Shown in pieces: positions 45,411 through 55,091 of a stretch of 64,000 nucleotides of DNA. Location: the NCBI GenBank assembly GCA_902496185.1, contig CABUZX010000003.1, forward strand, positions 16,849-80,848, in the 5' to 3' direction. The DNA is from an uncultured Subdoligranulum sp. Lineage in GTDB: Bacteria; Bacillota; Clostridia; Christensenellales; CAG-314. The stretch's first letter is position 1, and each line of letters starts with the position of its first letter. The position numbers and the translations under genes are program-made. The notes under the pieces were generated by a model. The model worked only from the letters and a program-made list of their open reading frames with translations. It did no database searches and was not told the origin of the DNA.

Positions 45411-47474
45411 TCAGTTTTCTAAAATAATAGGTATAATCATTGGATAACGGTCGTACTTTTTGCGGAAGTAACTTTTGATTGGTTTTTGTATCAGTTGTTT
45501 GGTAATGCTTACGTTAAGTTCCTTCAAGTCTACTTCTTCTATTGCCGTACTTGCGAGTTTTTTCAATTCTTCCACCGTATCGCTATTACTATCGTCACCG
45601 GTATAAATACATCCGCGACTGATAATATCTGGACCGCTGGTCACTATTCCCTGCGTAGTATCTACGCCGACCAACACCAACACTATACCTTCTTCCGCAA
45701 GAGTGCGACGGTCCTTCAAGACGTTTTGCCCTACGTCGCCCACCATCAAACCGTCAACCAAGACGATTCCGCTTGGAACTTTATCTTTGATTGCAATTTT
45801 GCGTGACGTCATCTCCACAACGTCGCCTATTTCTGGCACTACTATATTGATTTCAGGCGTACCGAGCGAAGTTGCAAGTCTTGCGTGTTGACTTAAATGT
45901 CGATATTCGCCGTGAATAGGTATAAAAAACTTGGGCTTAAGCAAAGAATGCATAAGCTTAAGTTCTTCCCTACAGGCGTGCCCTGAAACGTGTACGTCGG
46001 CAAGACTGCTGTAAATAACCGTCGCGCCCAACCTGTAAAGGTTGTTGATAACCTTGTAAACGTCCTTTTCGTTACCGGGAATAGGACTTGCGGAAATAAC
46101 TATGGTATCGTTTTTGCCTATGGCTATTTTGTTGAATTGTCCGCTTGCCATACGCGTAAGAGCCGACATAGGCTCACCCTGCGTACCCGTAGCAAGTATA
46201 CATACTTCGCCGTCGGGAAGATTTTTTGTTTTTTCAATATCGACTACGTCTTTTTCGTCGTAGGTAATCATACCTGCCTTGCGAGCAGTATCCACTACTT
46301 TTGACATACTTCTTCCGCCAAAAGCTATTTTTCGACCACTTTCCCTTGCAAGATCCATTATTTGTTGAACTCTATCTACGTTAGAGGCAAAAGTCGCAAT
46401 AATAAGCCTGCGTCCGACGTTGCTATTAAAAACCTTTCGCAAAGTATCGGTAACTACCACTTCGCTCATTGTGTATCCCGGTCTTTCGACGTTTGTGGAT
46501 TCTGCCATCAAAAGCGCGACGCCGTTTTTGCCAAGTTCCGCAATACGGTGAATATTCATAACGTGTCCGCCTATAGGCGTGTAATCAATCTTAAAGTCTC
46601 CCGTCAAAAATACCATACCCACGGGGGTTTTTAAAGCAATTGCCATACTGTCGGCAATACTGTGGCAAACGTGTACGAACTCCGCCTGAAAACTCCCCAA
46701 ACTGATACGGCTAGTTTCGTCGACTTTTATCAAACGATAATTTTCGATAGAATGTTCGACAAGCTTATTTTCCACCAGCGCCAACGTCAACCTACTACCG
46801 TATACGTCCACGTTGATTTCCTTTAACAAATACGGCACACCGCCAATATGGTCCTCGTGTCCGTGGGTAAGCAAAAGTCCGCGTATTTTTTGGCGGTTTT
46901 CCTTAAGGTAAGTGACGTCGGGTATAACTATATCTACGCCGGGCATTTCCGCAGTAGGAAAACTCAACCCCGCGTCCACTATAACTATATCGTTGCCGTA
47001 TTCGAATACCGTCATATTTTTGCCGATTTCGCCTACTCCACCCAAAAACATTATTTTAAGTTTTTTGTTACTTTTGCTCTGACTCTCAAGCAACTTGTTG
47101 GTTGGGGCGGAATCAGCCATTAGAGTTTTTAATTCCGTACTTAAATAATCTTCTTCCATAACGTTTACTTTTTGTAATTTGTTTGATTTTGGCAAGGTTG
47201 CATTTTTCTTTTTTTGTACCTGCATATACTCCGCAAAACTGAGTTTTTTGGACGGTCTTTGGGTTGTTTTACTTTCGTAAACAATTTTTGCTTCCGCGCG
47301 TTTTTGCGCCGTCGTCTTTTTTGTCAAATCCGATTTTGTTACTCTCGGATTTTTTGATTTTTTTTGTTGTTTATTTTCAAACGGATCTCGATGGCTTTTT
47401 CTGTTTTTTGCAAGTCTGTCTAAATTAATCCCCTGCCCGTTTGGTCTAATTTGTTTTGATTTTGTTTCTTTCAT
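45411..47474 (-). CDS. rnj: Ribonuclease J with a basic N-terminal extension of about 135 aa
   Basis: The canonical body starts at KLKIMFLGGVGEIGKNM. It has the beta-lactamase motif HGHEDHIGG and beta-CASP motifs. The true start within the extension is uncertain. Confidence 0.9.
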   Translation of the reverse strand: MKETKSKQIRPNGQGINLDRLAKNRKSHRDPFENKQQKKSKNPRVTKSDLTKKTTAQKRAEAKIVYESKTTQRPSKKLSFAEYMQVQKKKNATLPKSNKLQKVNVMEEDYLSTELKTLMADSAPTNKLLESQSKSNKKLKIMFLGGVGEIGKNMTVFEYGNDIVIVDAGLSFPTAEMPGVDIVIPDVTYLKENRQKIRGLLLTHGHEDHIGGVPYLLKEINVDVYGSRLTLALVENKLVEHSIENYRLIKVDETSRISLGSFQAEFVHVCHSIADSMAIALKTPVGMVFLTGDFKIDYTPIGGHVMNIHRIAELGKNGVALLMAESTNVERPGYTMSEVVVTDTLRKVFNSNVGRRLIIATFASNVDRVQQIMDLARESGRKIAFGGRSMSKVVDTARKAGMITYDEKDVVDIEKTKNLPDGEVCILATGTQGEPMSALTRMASGQFNKIAIGKNDTIVISASPIPGNEKDVYKVINNLYRLGATVIYSSLADVHVSGHACREELKLMHSLLKPKFFIPIHGEYRHLSQHARLATSLGTPEINIVVPEIGDVVEMTSRKIAIKDKVPSGIVLVDGLMVGDVGQNVLKDRRTLAEEGIVLVLVGVDTTQGIVTSGPDIISRGCIYTGDDSNSDTVEELKKLASTAIEEVDLKELNVSITKQLIQKPIKSYFRKKYDRYPMIIPIILEN

Positions 47475-47803
47475 AGTTTCCTTATATATACACTAAAACA
47501 GTCGTTAATTTTATTAAACAATTTTACATTTTATTATAATACAAATTTTAAATATTGCCAAATATTTTTTGCCACAAAAGGTATTATTTTTGCGAAAAAA
47601 ATTTAAAAAAGCCCGTTTTTATTTAGAATATAAATTAAATTTACTTTACGAAAAAAAAGTAAACAAACAGTTGTAAAATTTAGATAAATATTTCGATTTT
47701 TGGTTGCTTTTTTTTATTTTCGGTGTATAATATATCTTGGTGCTAAAAGCATCAAAAAATATAGATAAAACGCCTTTGGGCGTACAAAAGTGAGGAGATT
47801 TTT

Positions 47804-48889
47804 ATGGAAAACAGAGTGTACAATTTTTCTGCAGGTCCGTCAATTTTGCCGGAAGAAGTTTTGAAAGAAGTGCAACGTGACATGTTGAACTATGCTGGCA
47901 CAGGCATGAGCATTACGGAAATGAGCCACCGTAGCAAGCCCTACATGGCAGTCAACGAGGAAGCTCAAGCTTTGCTGAGAGAACTTCTCAATATCCCCGA
48001 CAATTATTACGTTTTGTTCGTTCAAGGTGGCGCTTCCACTCAATTTGCTTGCATACCGTTAAACCTTCTTGGCAAAAACAAAAAAGCCGATTACGTATTG
48101 AGTGGCAACTTTGCTAGCAAAGCATACGAAGAAGCTTGCCGTTACGGCGACATCCACGTTGCAGGCAGTAGCAAAGCTGACAAATATACCTACATACCCA
48201 AAGAGTTGGATATCCGCTCTGACGCAGCATATTTGCACATTACAACCAACAACACCATTTTTGGTACGAGATACAACGAATTGCCAAAAACAAACGTACC
48301 TATCGTTGCCGACCTCTCCAGCGAAATTTTGTCAAGAGTAATTAACGTAAACGACTATGCTGTTATTTACGCAGGCGCTCAAAAGAATATTGCTCCCGCA
48401 GGCGTGACCATCGTTATCGCTCGCAAGGATTTAGTTGACAATCAGGAAAACGTAATGGAATGTTGCCCCACCATGCTCAAGTGGAAGACTCAGGCTGACA
48501 ACGACAGTTTGTACAACACTCCGCCGTGCTTCTCAATTTATACGGCTATGTTGGTATTCCGTCACCTCAAAAAGTTGGGTGGCGTACCTGCAATCCAAAA
48601 AATCAACGAAGAAAAAGCAGCCTTGCTCTATGACTTTATTGACAATAGCAAACTCTTTAAGTCAACCGTCGCTAAGGAAGACCGCTCTATCATGAACGTT
48701 CCGTTCGTAACCGGTGACCCCGATATGGACGCAAAATTCGTAAAGGAAGCAACGGAAAACGGACTCACCACACTTAAGGGACACAAACTCGTTGGCGGTA
48801 TGCGCGCAAGTATCTACAATGCTATGCCAATCGAAGGCGTAAAGAAACTCGTAGAATTTATGAAGAAATTCGAAAAGGAAAACGCTTAA
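47804..48889 (+). CDS. serC: Phosphoserine aminotransferase
   Basis: VYNFSAGPSILPEEVL, 361 aa, SD GAGGAG. Confidence 0.93.
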   Translation: MENRVYNFSAGPSILPEEVLKEVQRDMLNYAGTGMSITEMSHRSKPYMAVNEEAQALLRELLNIPDNYYVLFVQGGASTQFACIPLNLLGKNKKADYVLSGNFASKAYEEACRYGDIHVAGSSKADKYTYIPKELDIRSDAAYLHITTNNTIFGTRYNELPKTNVPIVADLSSEILSRVINVNDYAVIYAGAQKNIAPAGVTIVIARKDLVDNQENVMECCPTMLKWKTQADNDSLYNTPPCFSIYTAMLVFRHLKKLGGVPAIQKINEEKAALLYDFIDNSKLFKSTVAKEDRSIMNVPFVTGDPDMDAKFVKEATENGLTTLKGHKLVGGMRASIYNAMPIEGVKKLVEFMKKFEKENA

Positions 48890-49010
48890 TCACAATTTAA
48901 ATACGTTATCTACGTCAAAACCCAAATCGGCTCGTTTCCCTTTTGGGTTTTGATTTGAAGTTTGTCGGATTGACAAATTACTGCAAATACAATTATAAAG
49001 GTGAAATAAA

Positions 49011-50165
49011 ATGAAAGAAGTTTTGAGATTAAATGAAATCAGTCCACTCGTAAATTCCGTTTTTGAAGACAAATACGTAATGACTAAAGACGCTAAAGAA
49101 CCGGTCGGCGTTCTCGTACGCAGTTTTGCAATGCACGAATACGATTTGCCGAAATCCGTTTTATGCGTTGCCCGCGCAGGCGCAGGCACAAACAATATTC
49201 CTTGCGACAAATATGCTGAACAAGGCGTTGTAGTATTCAACACCCCCGGCGCAAACGCAAACGCAGTTAAGGAACTCGTTCTTGCAGGTATGCTTTGTTG
49301 TGGTAGAAACTTTGTTGCCGGTACAAACTGGGCGCAAGGTCTCGTAGACGGCGAAAAAACCGTTGCAGAACAAGTAGAAAGTGGCAAAAAACAATTTGTC
49401 GGCACGGAAATCAAGGGCAAAACCCTCGGCATTATGGGTTTGGGCGCAATCGGAAGATTGGTTGCAGAAGCAGCTCTTGCTCTCGGTATGGAAGTCGTAG
49501 GATACGACCCATTCCTCTCTAAGGAAGCAGAAAAAACCCTCGACGAAAGAATCAAAGTTTTGGACAACACCTTTGACCTTTACTCTTTGGCAGACTACAT
49601 TACCTTCCACGTACCTCTTACCCCCGAAACAAGAGGCACAATTAACGCTGCAAATATTTCAAAGATGAAAGACGGCGTAAACATCATCAACTGCAGTCGT
49701 GGCGAACTTGCAAATTACGACGACGTAAAAGCAGCAGTAGCAAGTGGCAAAATCAACCGTTACGTTACGGACTTCCCCTGCGCTGATATGTTGGGCGTAA
49801 AGAACATCATTACCTTCCCCCACCTTGGCGCAAGTACTGCTGAAGCAGAAGATAACTGCGCTGTAATGGCAGCAAGAGAATTGGTAAACTTTGTAGAAAA
49901 AGGCAATATCGTCAATAGTGTTAACTATCCTGCAATCAATCTTGACAGCAAAGGCGCGCAACGTATCGTAGTGCTTTACAAAGATGCAGAAGGTATCACC
50001 GACAAGTTTAACGAAGTACTTTGCCCGTTTGGTATCGTAGGTTTTAACTCAAAATCCAAAAAAGCTTACGGCGCAAGCTTGTTTAACCTCAACAAAAAAG
50101 CTTCCGCAGAAGCAATCTCCGCAATCGAAGCAATCGAAGGCGTAACGAGAGTACTCGCAATCTAA
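49011..50165 (+). CDS. serA: D-3-phosphoglycerate dehydrogenase
   Basis: NAD motif GIMGLGAIGRLVA and the RGE..D and HLGAST catalytic region. It is adjacent to serC, with its own TTGACA promoter-like box at about 48971. Confidence 0.9.
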   Translation: MKEVLRLNEISPLVNSVFEDKYVMTKDAKEPVGVLVRSFAMHEYDLPKSVLCVARAGAGTNNIPCDKYAEQGVVVFNTPGANANAVKELVLAGMLCCGRNFVAGTNWAQGLVDGEKTVAEQVESGKKQFVGTEIKGKTLGIMGLGAIGRLVAEAALALGMEVVGYDPFLSKEAEKTLDERIKVLDNTFDLYSLADYITFHVPLTPETRGTINAANISKMKDGVNIINCSRGELANYDDVKAAVASGKINRYVTDFPCADMLGVKNIITFPHLGASTAEAEDNCAVMAARELVNFVEKGNIVNSVNYPAINLDSKGAQRIVVLYKDAEGITDKFNEVLCPFGIVGFNSKSKKAYGASLFNLNKKASAEAISAIEAIEGVTRVLAI

Positions 50166-50217
50166 TTAAAAATCATTTTTGACACAAAAAAACAACTCTT
50201 AAGAGCGTCAACAAAAG

Positions 50218-50266
50218 TATAGCCCACTACACTTCGCAAAATGAGAAGTATAGTGGGCTTTTTTTA
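50218..50266 (+). terminator. Intrinsic terminator after serA
   Basis: AGCCCACTACACTTC-9 nt-GAAGTATAGTGGGCT (one mismatch), followed by TTTTTTT. Confidence 0.85.
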
Positions 50267-50279
50267 CACAAAAGACAAG

Positions 50280-50783
50280 TTAAAACTGAATTCCCGTTTC
50301 TCTTATGGCTTCAGTTTTTGCTGAGCTGCAAATTTCTTTTGCAGTATTATCGTCTAAAGCTTTTTTAATTTCAATAATGATATTTTTTGCTTTTGATACC
50401 AAGTTGTTGGCAATATTAACTCCTTCTTCTACAGTTTGAAAATTAAATAGAGTTTTTTGTTTAGTAACTATGCTTTCATGTTCGGCAAAAAGTTTTTTAA
50501 GTTTTGGATCTATACAATGGGGCATACCACGTCCACCATTAAACTTGCCTGTTTCATAATTAATATAGGTTTTGGCATCTGAAGGACTAACGGGAGTTAA
50601 TTCCATAATTCTTACTGTTATAAGACCTATTAGGGAGCCTTGTCTGTCAACAAGCGCTACGAAATCTTTGACCGCTTTATTTGCAATTGCCGCTTTAACT
50701 AATGCGTCTTTTAATTTAATTTTATAATAATTTTTATCCATAATTAATCTTTTAATTATTATTTTTTTATTCACAAAAATCAA
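50280..50783 (-). CDS. Hypothetical protein (153-167 aa), noticeably AT-rich, with no SD at either candidate start
   Basis: It is an open frame only. The candidate starts are TTG at 50783 and ATG at 50741. Confidence 0.4.
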   Translation of the reverse strand: MIFVNKKIIIKRLIMDKNYYKIKLKDALVKAAIANKAVKDFVALVDRQGSLIGLITVRIMELTPVSPSDAKTYINYETGKFNGGRGMPHCIDPKLKKLFAEHESIVTKQKTLFNFQTVEEGVNIANNLVSKAKNIIIEIKKALDDNTAKEICSSAKTEAIRETGIQF

Positions 50784-50861
50784 GTTAAAATGTTTATATT
50801 TTTAGCCTCGTGACTAAAAGTTATATACAAAACAATTTTTGCGTTATATATTGAAAAAAAT

Positions 50862-51086
50862 TTACATTTCCGAAATTACCGCATTGGGTTCTACCCTTTT
50901 TGCAAGTTGAGTAGTAATAGTCAAAACCTGTTGAGCCTTGTCCTCGTTTAGCTCTACCGTCAACACGGTAGGAGTACCAAATTGAATTTCAGCCGATTGT
51001 ACGCCTTCGATTTGTTTGACGGCGTTACATACCTTGTTTGCACAATTTGGGCATTTTAAATTTTGTATAGAATATTTTTTGTTCAT
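50862..51086 (-). CDS. copZ: Heavy-metal-associated (HMA) domain protein, CopZ-like metallochaperone
   Basis: 74 aa with the metal site LKCPNCANKV (CxxC) in a beta-alpha-beta-beta-alpha-beta-sized protein. SD AAGGAGAAG. Confidence 0.8.
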   Translation of the reverse strand: MNKKYSIQNLKCPNCANKVCNAVKQIEGVQSAEIQFGTPTVLTVELNEDKAQQVLTITTQLAKRVEPNAVISEM

Positions 51087-51112
51087 AATACTTCTCCTTT
51101 TTATTTTTGTAT

Positions 51113-51143
51113 GACGACTCCGAGCGTTTATCTCGGAGTCGTC
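51113..51143 (-). other. Perfect 12-bp stem-loop between the rnpB 3' end and copZ
   Basis: GACGACTCCGAG-cgtttat-CTCGGAGTCGTC. No U-tract follows on the minus strand. Confidence 0.6.
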
Positions 51144-51153
51144 GCAAAGATTT

Positions 51154-51474
51154 GAGCGCAGTCTATAAGCCGAGTTCTGTATTTGACGGTTATCTATCTA
51201 CGCCTTACGTCTCCGCAAGGCTCTAGCGACATATCGAGACGTCGGGCAAACGTTTAGTCTCACTTCTTGCACCGAGCGGGGTTTACAGGAACGGCGTGTT
51301 ACCACGTCGTTTGTGGGCTCTTACCCCACATTTCCACCCTTACCACGTAGTGGCGGTATATTTCTGTTGCACTTTCCTTAAAGTCGCCTTCACCGGGATT
51401 TCTCCGGCGCTCTGCCCTATGGTGCTCGGACTTTCCTCGTTGGATTGCTCCACCGCAACCGTCTGGCTGCCTCG
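51154..51474 (-). ncRNA. rnpB: RNase P RNA (type-A-like architecture)
   Basis: The reverse complement contains GAGGAAAGTCCGAGC (P4), CCATAGGGCAG, GTGCAACAGAAA, GGTAAGGGTGGAAATGTGGGGTAAGAGCCCAC, GTAAACCCCGCTCGGTGCAAG and ACAGAACTCGGCTTATAG. The ends are approximate. Confidence 0.9.
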
Positions 51475-51479
51475 TATTT

Positions 51480-51508
51480 GTTTTAACATTTTTTTTATAT
51501 TTTGTCAA
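51480..51508 (-). promoter_or_regulatory. Promoter TTGACA-17-TAAAAC (TGn extended) for rnpB
   Basis: Read on the minus strand. The -10 ends about 6 nt before the predicted rnpB 5' end. Confidence 0.5.
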
Positions 51509-51566
51509 GCAACTCAAGCAACAAGTACAAGCCGTCGCAATAAAATACATCAGGAGACAAAAAAAT

Positions 51567-52262
51567 ATGTTATTTAACGCTTTTGCAACACTTTTTTCCA
51601 AAATATTTTTCTTTAGCGGATATTATTCCACAAACAATGCCTATCCAAAACCCCTACCACCCGAAGAAGAATCGGCGTGTATCAAAAAAATGCTCGAGGG
51701 AGATAAACAAGCAAAGGAAAAACTCATCAAGCACAATATGCGCCTTGTTGCTCACATTGCAAAAAAGTACGCTCAAAAACAAAATCTTGAAGACACGATA
51801 AGCGTTGGCAGTATCGGCTTAATCAAAGGAGTAAACACTTTTTCTCTAAACAAAGGCTCAACGCTTGCAACCTATCTTGCGCGCTGTATCGAAAACGAAA
51901 TACTGATGATGTTGCGCTCGGACAAAAGATACAAAAATACAGTATATTTGTCGGACAAAATGGATACCGACAACGAGGGAAATGAATTTACTTTGTTAGA
52001 CGTACTTTCGGTAAACGAGGAAAGCGTTTTTTTGCAGGCAGAACAAAGTATCCTTGCAAAAAGGCTCGACAAGGTAATGAAAACCAATCTTAGCGACAGA
52101 GAATATCAAATACTTGTTTTGCGCTACGGTCTTAACGGCAACACGCCACACACCCAGCTTGATACCGCAAAAAAATTTGAAATTAGCCGTAGTTACGTTT
52201 CACGCATTGAAACCAAAGCATTAAAAAAACTAAGAAAAGTACTCCGCCAACAAGATTTTTGA
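51567..52262 (+). CDS. sigK: Sporulation sigma factor K precursor (pro-sigma-K), uninterrupted
   Basis: A hydrophobic pro-sequence is followed by YYSTNNAYPKPLPPEEE (compare B. subtilis YVKNNAFPQPLSSSEE). HNMRLVAHIAKKY, ATYLARCIENEILMMLR and ISRSYVSRIETKAL are present. SD AGGAGA. Confidence 0.85.
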   Translation: MLFNAFATLFSKIFFFSGYYSTNNAYPKPLPPEEESACIKKMLEGDKQAKEKLIKHNMRLVAHIAKKYAQKQNLEDTISVGSIGLIKGVNTFSLNKGSTLATYLARCIENEILMMLRSDKRYKNTVYLSDKMDTDNEGNEFTLLDVLSVNEESVFLQAEQSILAKRLDKVMKTNLSDREYQILVLRYGLNGNTPHTQLDTAKKFEISRSYVSRIETKALKKLRKVLRQQDF

Positions 52263-52283
52263 GCTCTTGCGTTAACAAACACT

Positions 52284-52326
52284 AAAAAAATACCGCAAAT
52301 CCGTTTTTTGGACTGCGGTATTTTTG
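52284..52326. terminator. Bidirectional terminator between sigK and tnaA
   Basis: Hairpin ATACCGCA...TGCGGTAT, flanked by an A-run and a T-run. Confidence 0.75.
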
Positions 52327-52342
52327 ATAAATTTACCTTAAA

Positions 52343-53722
52343 TTATTTAATAGGTTCAAGTTTTGCAGTAAAGTGGCGCAAAATAGGAGCTTCTTCCACT
52401 ATTTTGTAACCCTTAACTTGACTTGCTCTTTCCTTAATATTGATAAGAGCGTCTGCAATAACGTCCAAGTGAGCTTGAGTATAAACACGACGGGCAATAG
52501 CAAGGCGTGTAAATTCAAATTCCGCCTGTTGCTCCTCATGAGTGACGGGGTTTCTGTCCATCATATAGCTACCTATATCACAAGCTCTAATACCTGCTTC
52601 CAAATATAATTCCAACGCAAGAGCTTGACCGGGATATTGATACCACGGCAAATGTGGCAACAATTTTTTGGCGTCTACGAATACTGCGTGACCGCCAACT
52701 GGAGATTGATATGCAATACCTGCTTCGTCAAGACGAGCCGCAAGATATTCCATTTGCCCTATACGGTAACGGAGATAATCTTCTTCAATACCTTCCTTCA
52801 AACCGATAGCCAAAGCTTCCAAATCTCTACCGCTCATACCGCCGTAGGTAACAAAACCTTCAAAACTAATGCAACGTTGCTTTACTTTTTCATAAATAGC
52901 CTTGTTGCGTACGCCAATCAAGCCACCCATATTGACAATGGCGTCTTTTTTTGCGGACATTGTAAAGAAGTCTGCTTCTTTAAAAGATTCTCTAATAATG
53001 TCTTTTATAGAGCTATTTGCAAATTCCTTTTCTCTTTGCTTTACAAAATAGCTGTTTTCCGCATAGCGAGCAGCATCAATCATCATAGGAATACCGTACT
53101 TGCGAGCTATTTTTGCTGTTTCTCTAATATTTTCGACAGATACGGGTTGACCGCCTGCGCTGTTGTTGGTGATTGTTTCGATAATTACGCCGATATTTTC
53201 CGGACCGTATTCGTTGATAAGTTTTTCCAATCTAACTACGTCCATATTGCCTTTAAAATCTGCGCGTAAAGTCGTGTCAAGAGCTTCAGGCACAACGCAG
53301 TCAACAGGGATACAACCGCACAATACTACGTGACCACGGGTGGTATCAAAGTGCATATTGGAAATTGCGTATTTTTTGCCTTCCAACAAAATGGGGAGCA
53401 AAACTTTTTCCGCTGCTCTGCCTTGGTGAACAGGTTGTATGTACTCAAATCCAAAAATATCTCTTGCTGTTTCCACTACGTGAAAATAGCTGTTTGCGCC
53501 TGCGTAAGATTCGTCGCCGTTCATAACGCCTGCCCATTGATTACCGCTCATTGCGTTTGTACCGCTATCCGTCAACAAATCAATATAAACGTCCTCAGAT
53601 CTCAATGCAAATACGTTATAGTTGGCTTCGGCAAGTTTCTTTTCTCTTTCTGCCCTTGTCAACATTCTGAGAGGCTCGACTGCCTTAATACGGAAAGGTT
53701 CTGGATAATAAATTGGTTTCAT
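52343..53722 (-). CDS. tnaA: Tryptophanase-type beta-eliminating lyase (PLP)
   Basis: [25 protein letters not shown]-lysine region [22 protein letters not shown] has Asp where tyrosine phenol-lyase has Thr, which favours tryptophanase. Confidence 0.78.
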   Translation of the reverse strand: MKPIYYPEPFRIKAVEPLRMLTRAEREKKLAEANYNVFALRSEDVYIDLLTDSGTNAMSGNQWAGVMNGDESYAGANSYFHVVETARDIFGFEYIQPVHQGRAAEKVLLPILLEGKKYAISNMHFDTTRGHVVLCGCIPVDCVVPEALDTTLRADFKGNMDVVRLEKLINEYGPENIGVIIETITNNSAGGQPVSVENIRETAKIARKYGIPMMIDAARYAENSYFVKQREKEFANSSIKDIIRESFKEADFFTMSAKKDAIVNMGGLIGVRNKAIYEKVKQRCISFEGFVTYGGMSGRDLEALAIGLKEGIEEDYLRYRIGQMEYLAARLDEAGIAYQSPVGGHAVFVDAKKLLPHLPWYQYPGQALALELYLEAGIRACDIGSYMMDRNPVTHEEQQAEFEFTRLAIARRVYTQAHLDVIADALINIKERASQVKGYKIVEEAPILRHFTAKLEPIK

Positions 53723-53792
53723 TTTTTCTCCTCCGATATTATAAATAAATTTTATATTTAGATAAAAAAGTAATTGAGTTTTAAGCCTTAAC

Positions 53793-55088
53793 TTACTCTT
53801 CTATTATACTCCCAAAAACTCCATCGTCAAACTGTTTTGAGATATAAACTTTTAAAATTTTATTTTTGCCTACTGCTTTTTTCGGCAAATACACTTTTGT
53901 ATAATTAGCGGTATATCCAACGACGTAATCGCCCTTGTGTTCCTCCGTCAATACTTGTTGCACAGTACCTATCTGCTTGTTTGCGGATTGCTCCAAAAGC
54001 AGTTGTTTTATTTTTGAAAGCTTTTGGACGCGCTTGTTTACCACTTCTCCCGAAATAGGCGTCATTTTTGACGCCACCGTACCGCTACGAGGGCTAAAAG
54101 GAAAGATGTGAATATCGTCAAAACCTACCTTTTGTACAAAATCACAAGTTTCCTCGAAATTTTGCTCACTCTCCGTAGGAAATCCCACGATAACGTCGGT
54201 AGTTATACCCGCATCGGGAAAATTTTGTCTAATAAGGTTTACCGCCGACAAAAATTCTTCCGCCGTATAGTGTCTATTCATTTTTTTCAAAACGTCGTTG
54301 CTACCGCTTTGCAAAGACAAATGAAAATGCGGACAAAAGTTAGCTTTTTTCATTGCGTCTAAAAGCCGTTGCGTAACAATATGCACTTCAAGACTGCCAA
54401 GTCTCTTGCGCATAGGTAAAAAAGCAAGACTTTCCGCAAGGGTAGTAAGGTCGCCTTCTTTCGTATTGTAATCGCTAATATCTACCCCCGTCAAAACCAC
54501 TTCCCTTACACCGTTAAGAGATCTTGCTTCGGCAACTACGTCGGAAATCACCCTGCTCCTACTCCGTCCGCGCAAATACGGTATAATACAATAAGTACAA
54601 AAACGGTTGCACCCGTCCTGAATTTTTAAAAAAGCTCTGGTCTTTACAACGTTGGTAGCAAAAATCTCGCCTTCGTCGTAACAGACAGGCAATTGCTCCA
54701 CTCCGTCAAAACCGCCAAGGTATTTTTGTACAAGAGTTGCTTTATCCCCCGCGCCCTTTACAAAAACCACGTGGTCGCCCAAAAACTGTTTCGAGTCCTT
54801 TTGCGAAGCGCATCCGCAAATAATAATCTTTGCCGTAGGGTTAAGTTTTAAGCAACGCGAAATAGCCTGACGGGACTTTCTTTCCGCCTCGTTTGTGACC
54901 GCGCAAGTATTGATTACAAAATAATCAGCCTTTTTAAGTCCCTCAAAGGCGTCGTAGCCCGCCGAAAGCAACTGCCCGACTATTTGTCTACTTTCATAAA
55001 GATTAACTTTACAGCCAAGCGTAAATACGGCAACCGTTGCTTTTTTTGTTGATATTTCAGTAACATTTTCCATACAGTAAACCGTCAA
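53793..55088 (-). CDS. mtaB: tRNA (t6A37) methylthiotransferase MtaB (radical SAM, MiaB-like)
   Basis: [15 protein letters not shown], the radical-SAM motif CNRFCTYC, and a TRAM-like C-terminus. The start is ambiguous (TTG 55088 or ATG 55073) and neither has an SD. Confidence 0.85.
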   Translation of the reverse strand: MTVYCMENVTEISTKKATVAVFTLGCKVNLYESRQIVGQLLSAGYDAFEGLKKADYFVINTCAVTNEAERKSRQAISRCLKLNPTAKIIICGCASQKDSKQFLGDHVVFVKGAGDKATLVQKYLGGFDGVEQLPVCYDEGEIFATNVVKTRAFLKIQDGCNRFCTYCIIPYLRGRSRSRVISDVVAEARSLNGVREVVLTGVDISDYNTKEGDLTTLAESLAFLPMRKRLGSLEVHIVTQRLLDAMKKANFCPHFHLSLQSGSNDVLKKMNRHYTAEEFLSAVNLIRQNFPDAGITTDVIVGFPTESEQNFEETCDFVQKVGFDDIHIFPFSPRSGTVASKMTPISGEVVNKRVQKLSKIKQLLLEQSANKQIGTVQQVLTEEHKGDYVVGYTANYTKVYLPKKAVGKNKILKVYISKQFDDGVFGSIIEE

Positions 55089-55091
55089 AAC

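Noticed and set aside
48890-49570. 226-aa ORF on the minus strand.
   Set aside because: It lies antisense to the well-supported serA gene. It has a low-complexity S/P/A/T-rich translation and no start context, so it is a shadow ORF.
51296-51601. Two ORFs of about 95-100 aa on opposite strands.
   Set aside because: Both lie across the RNase P RNA gene, and their open frames are a by-product of the GC-rich structured RNA.
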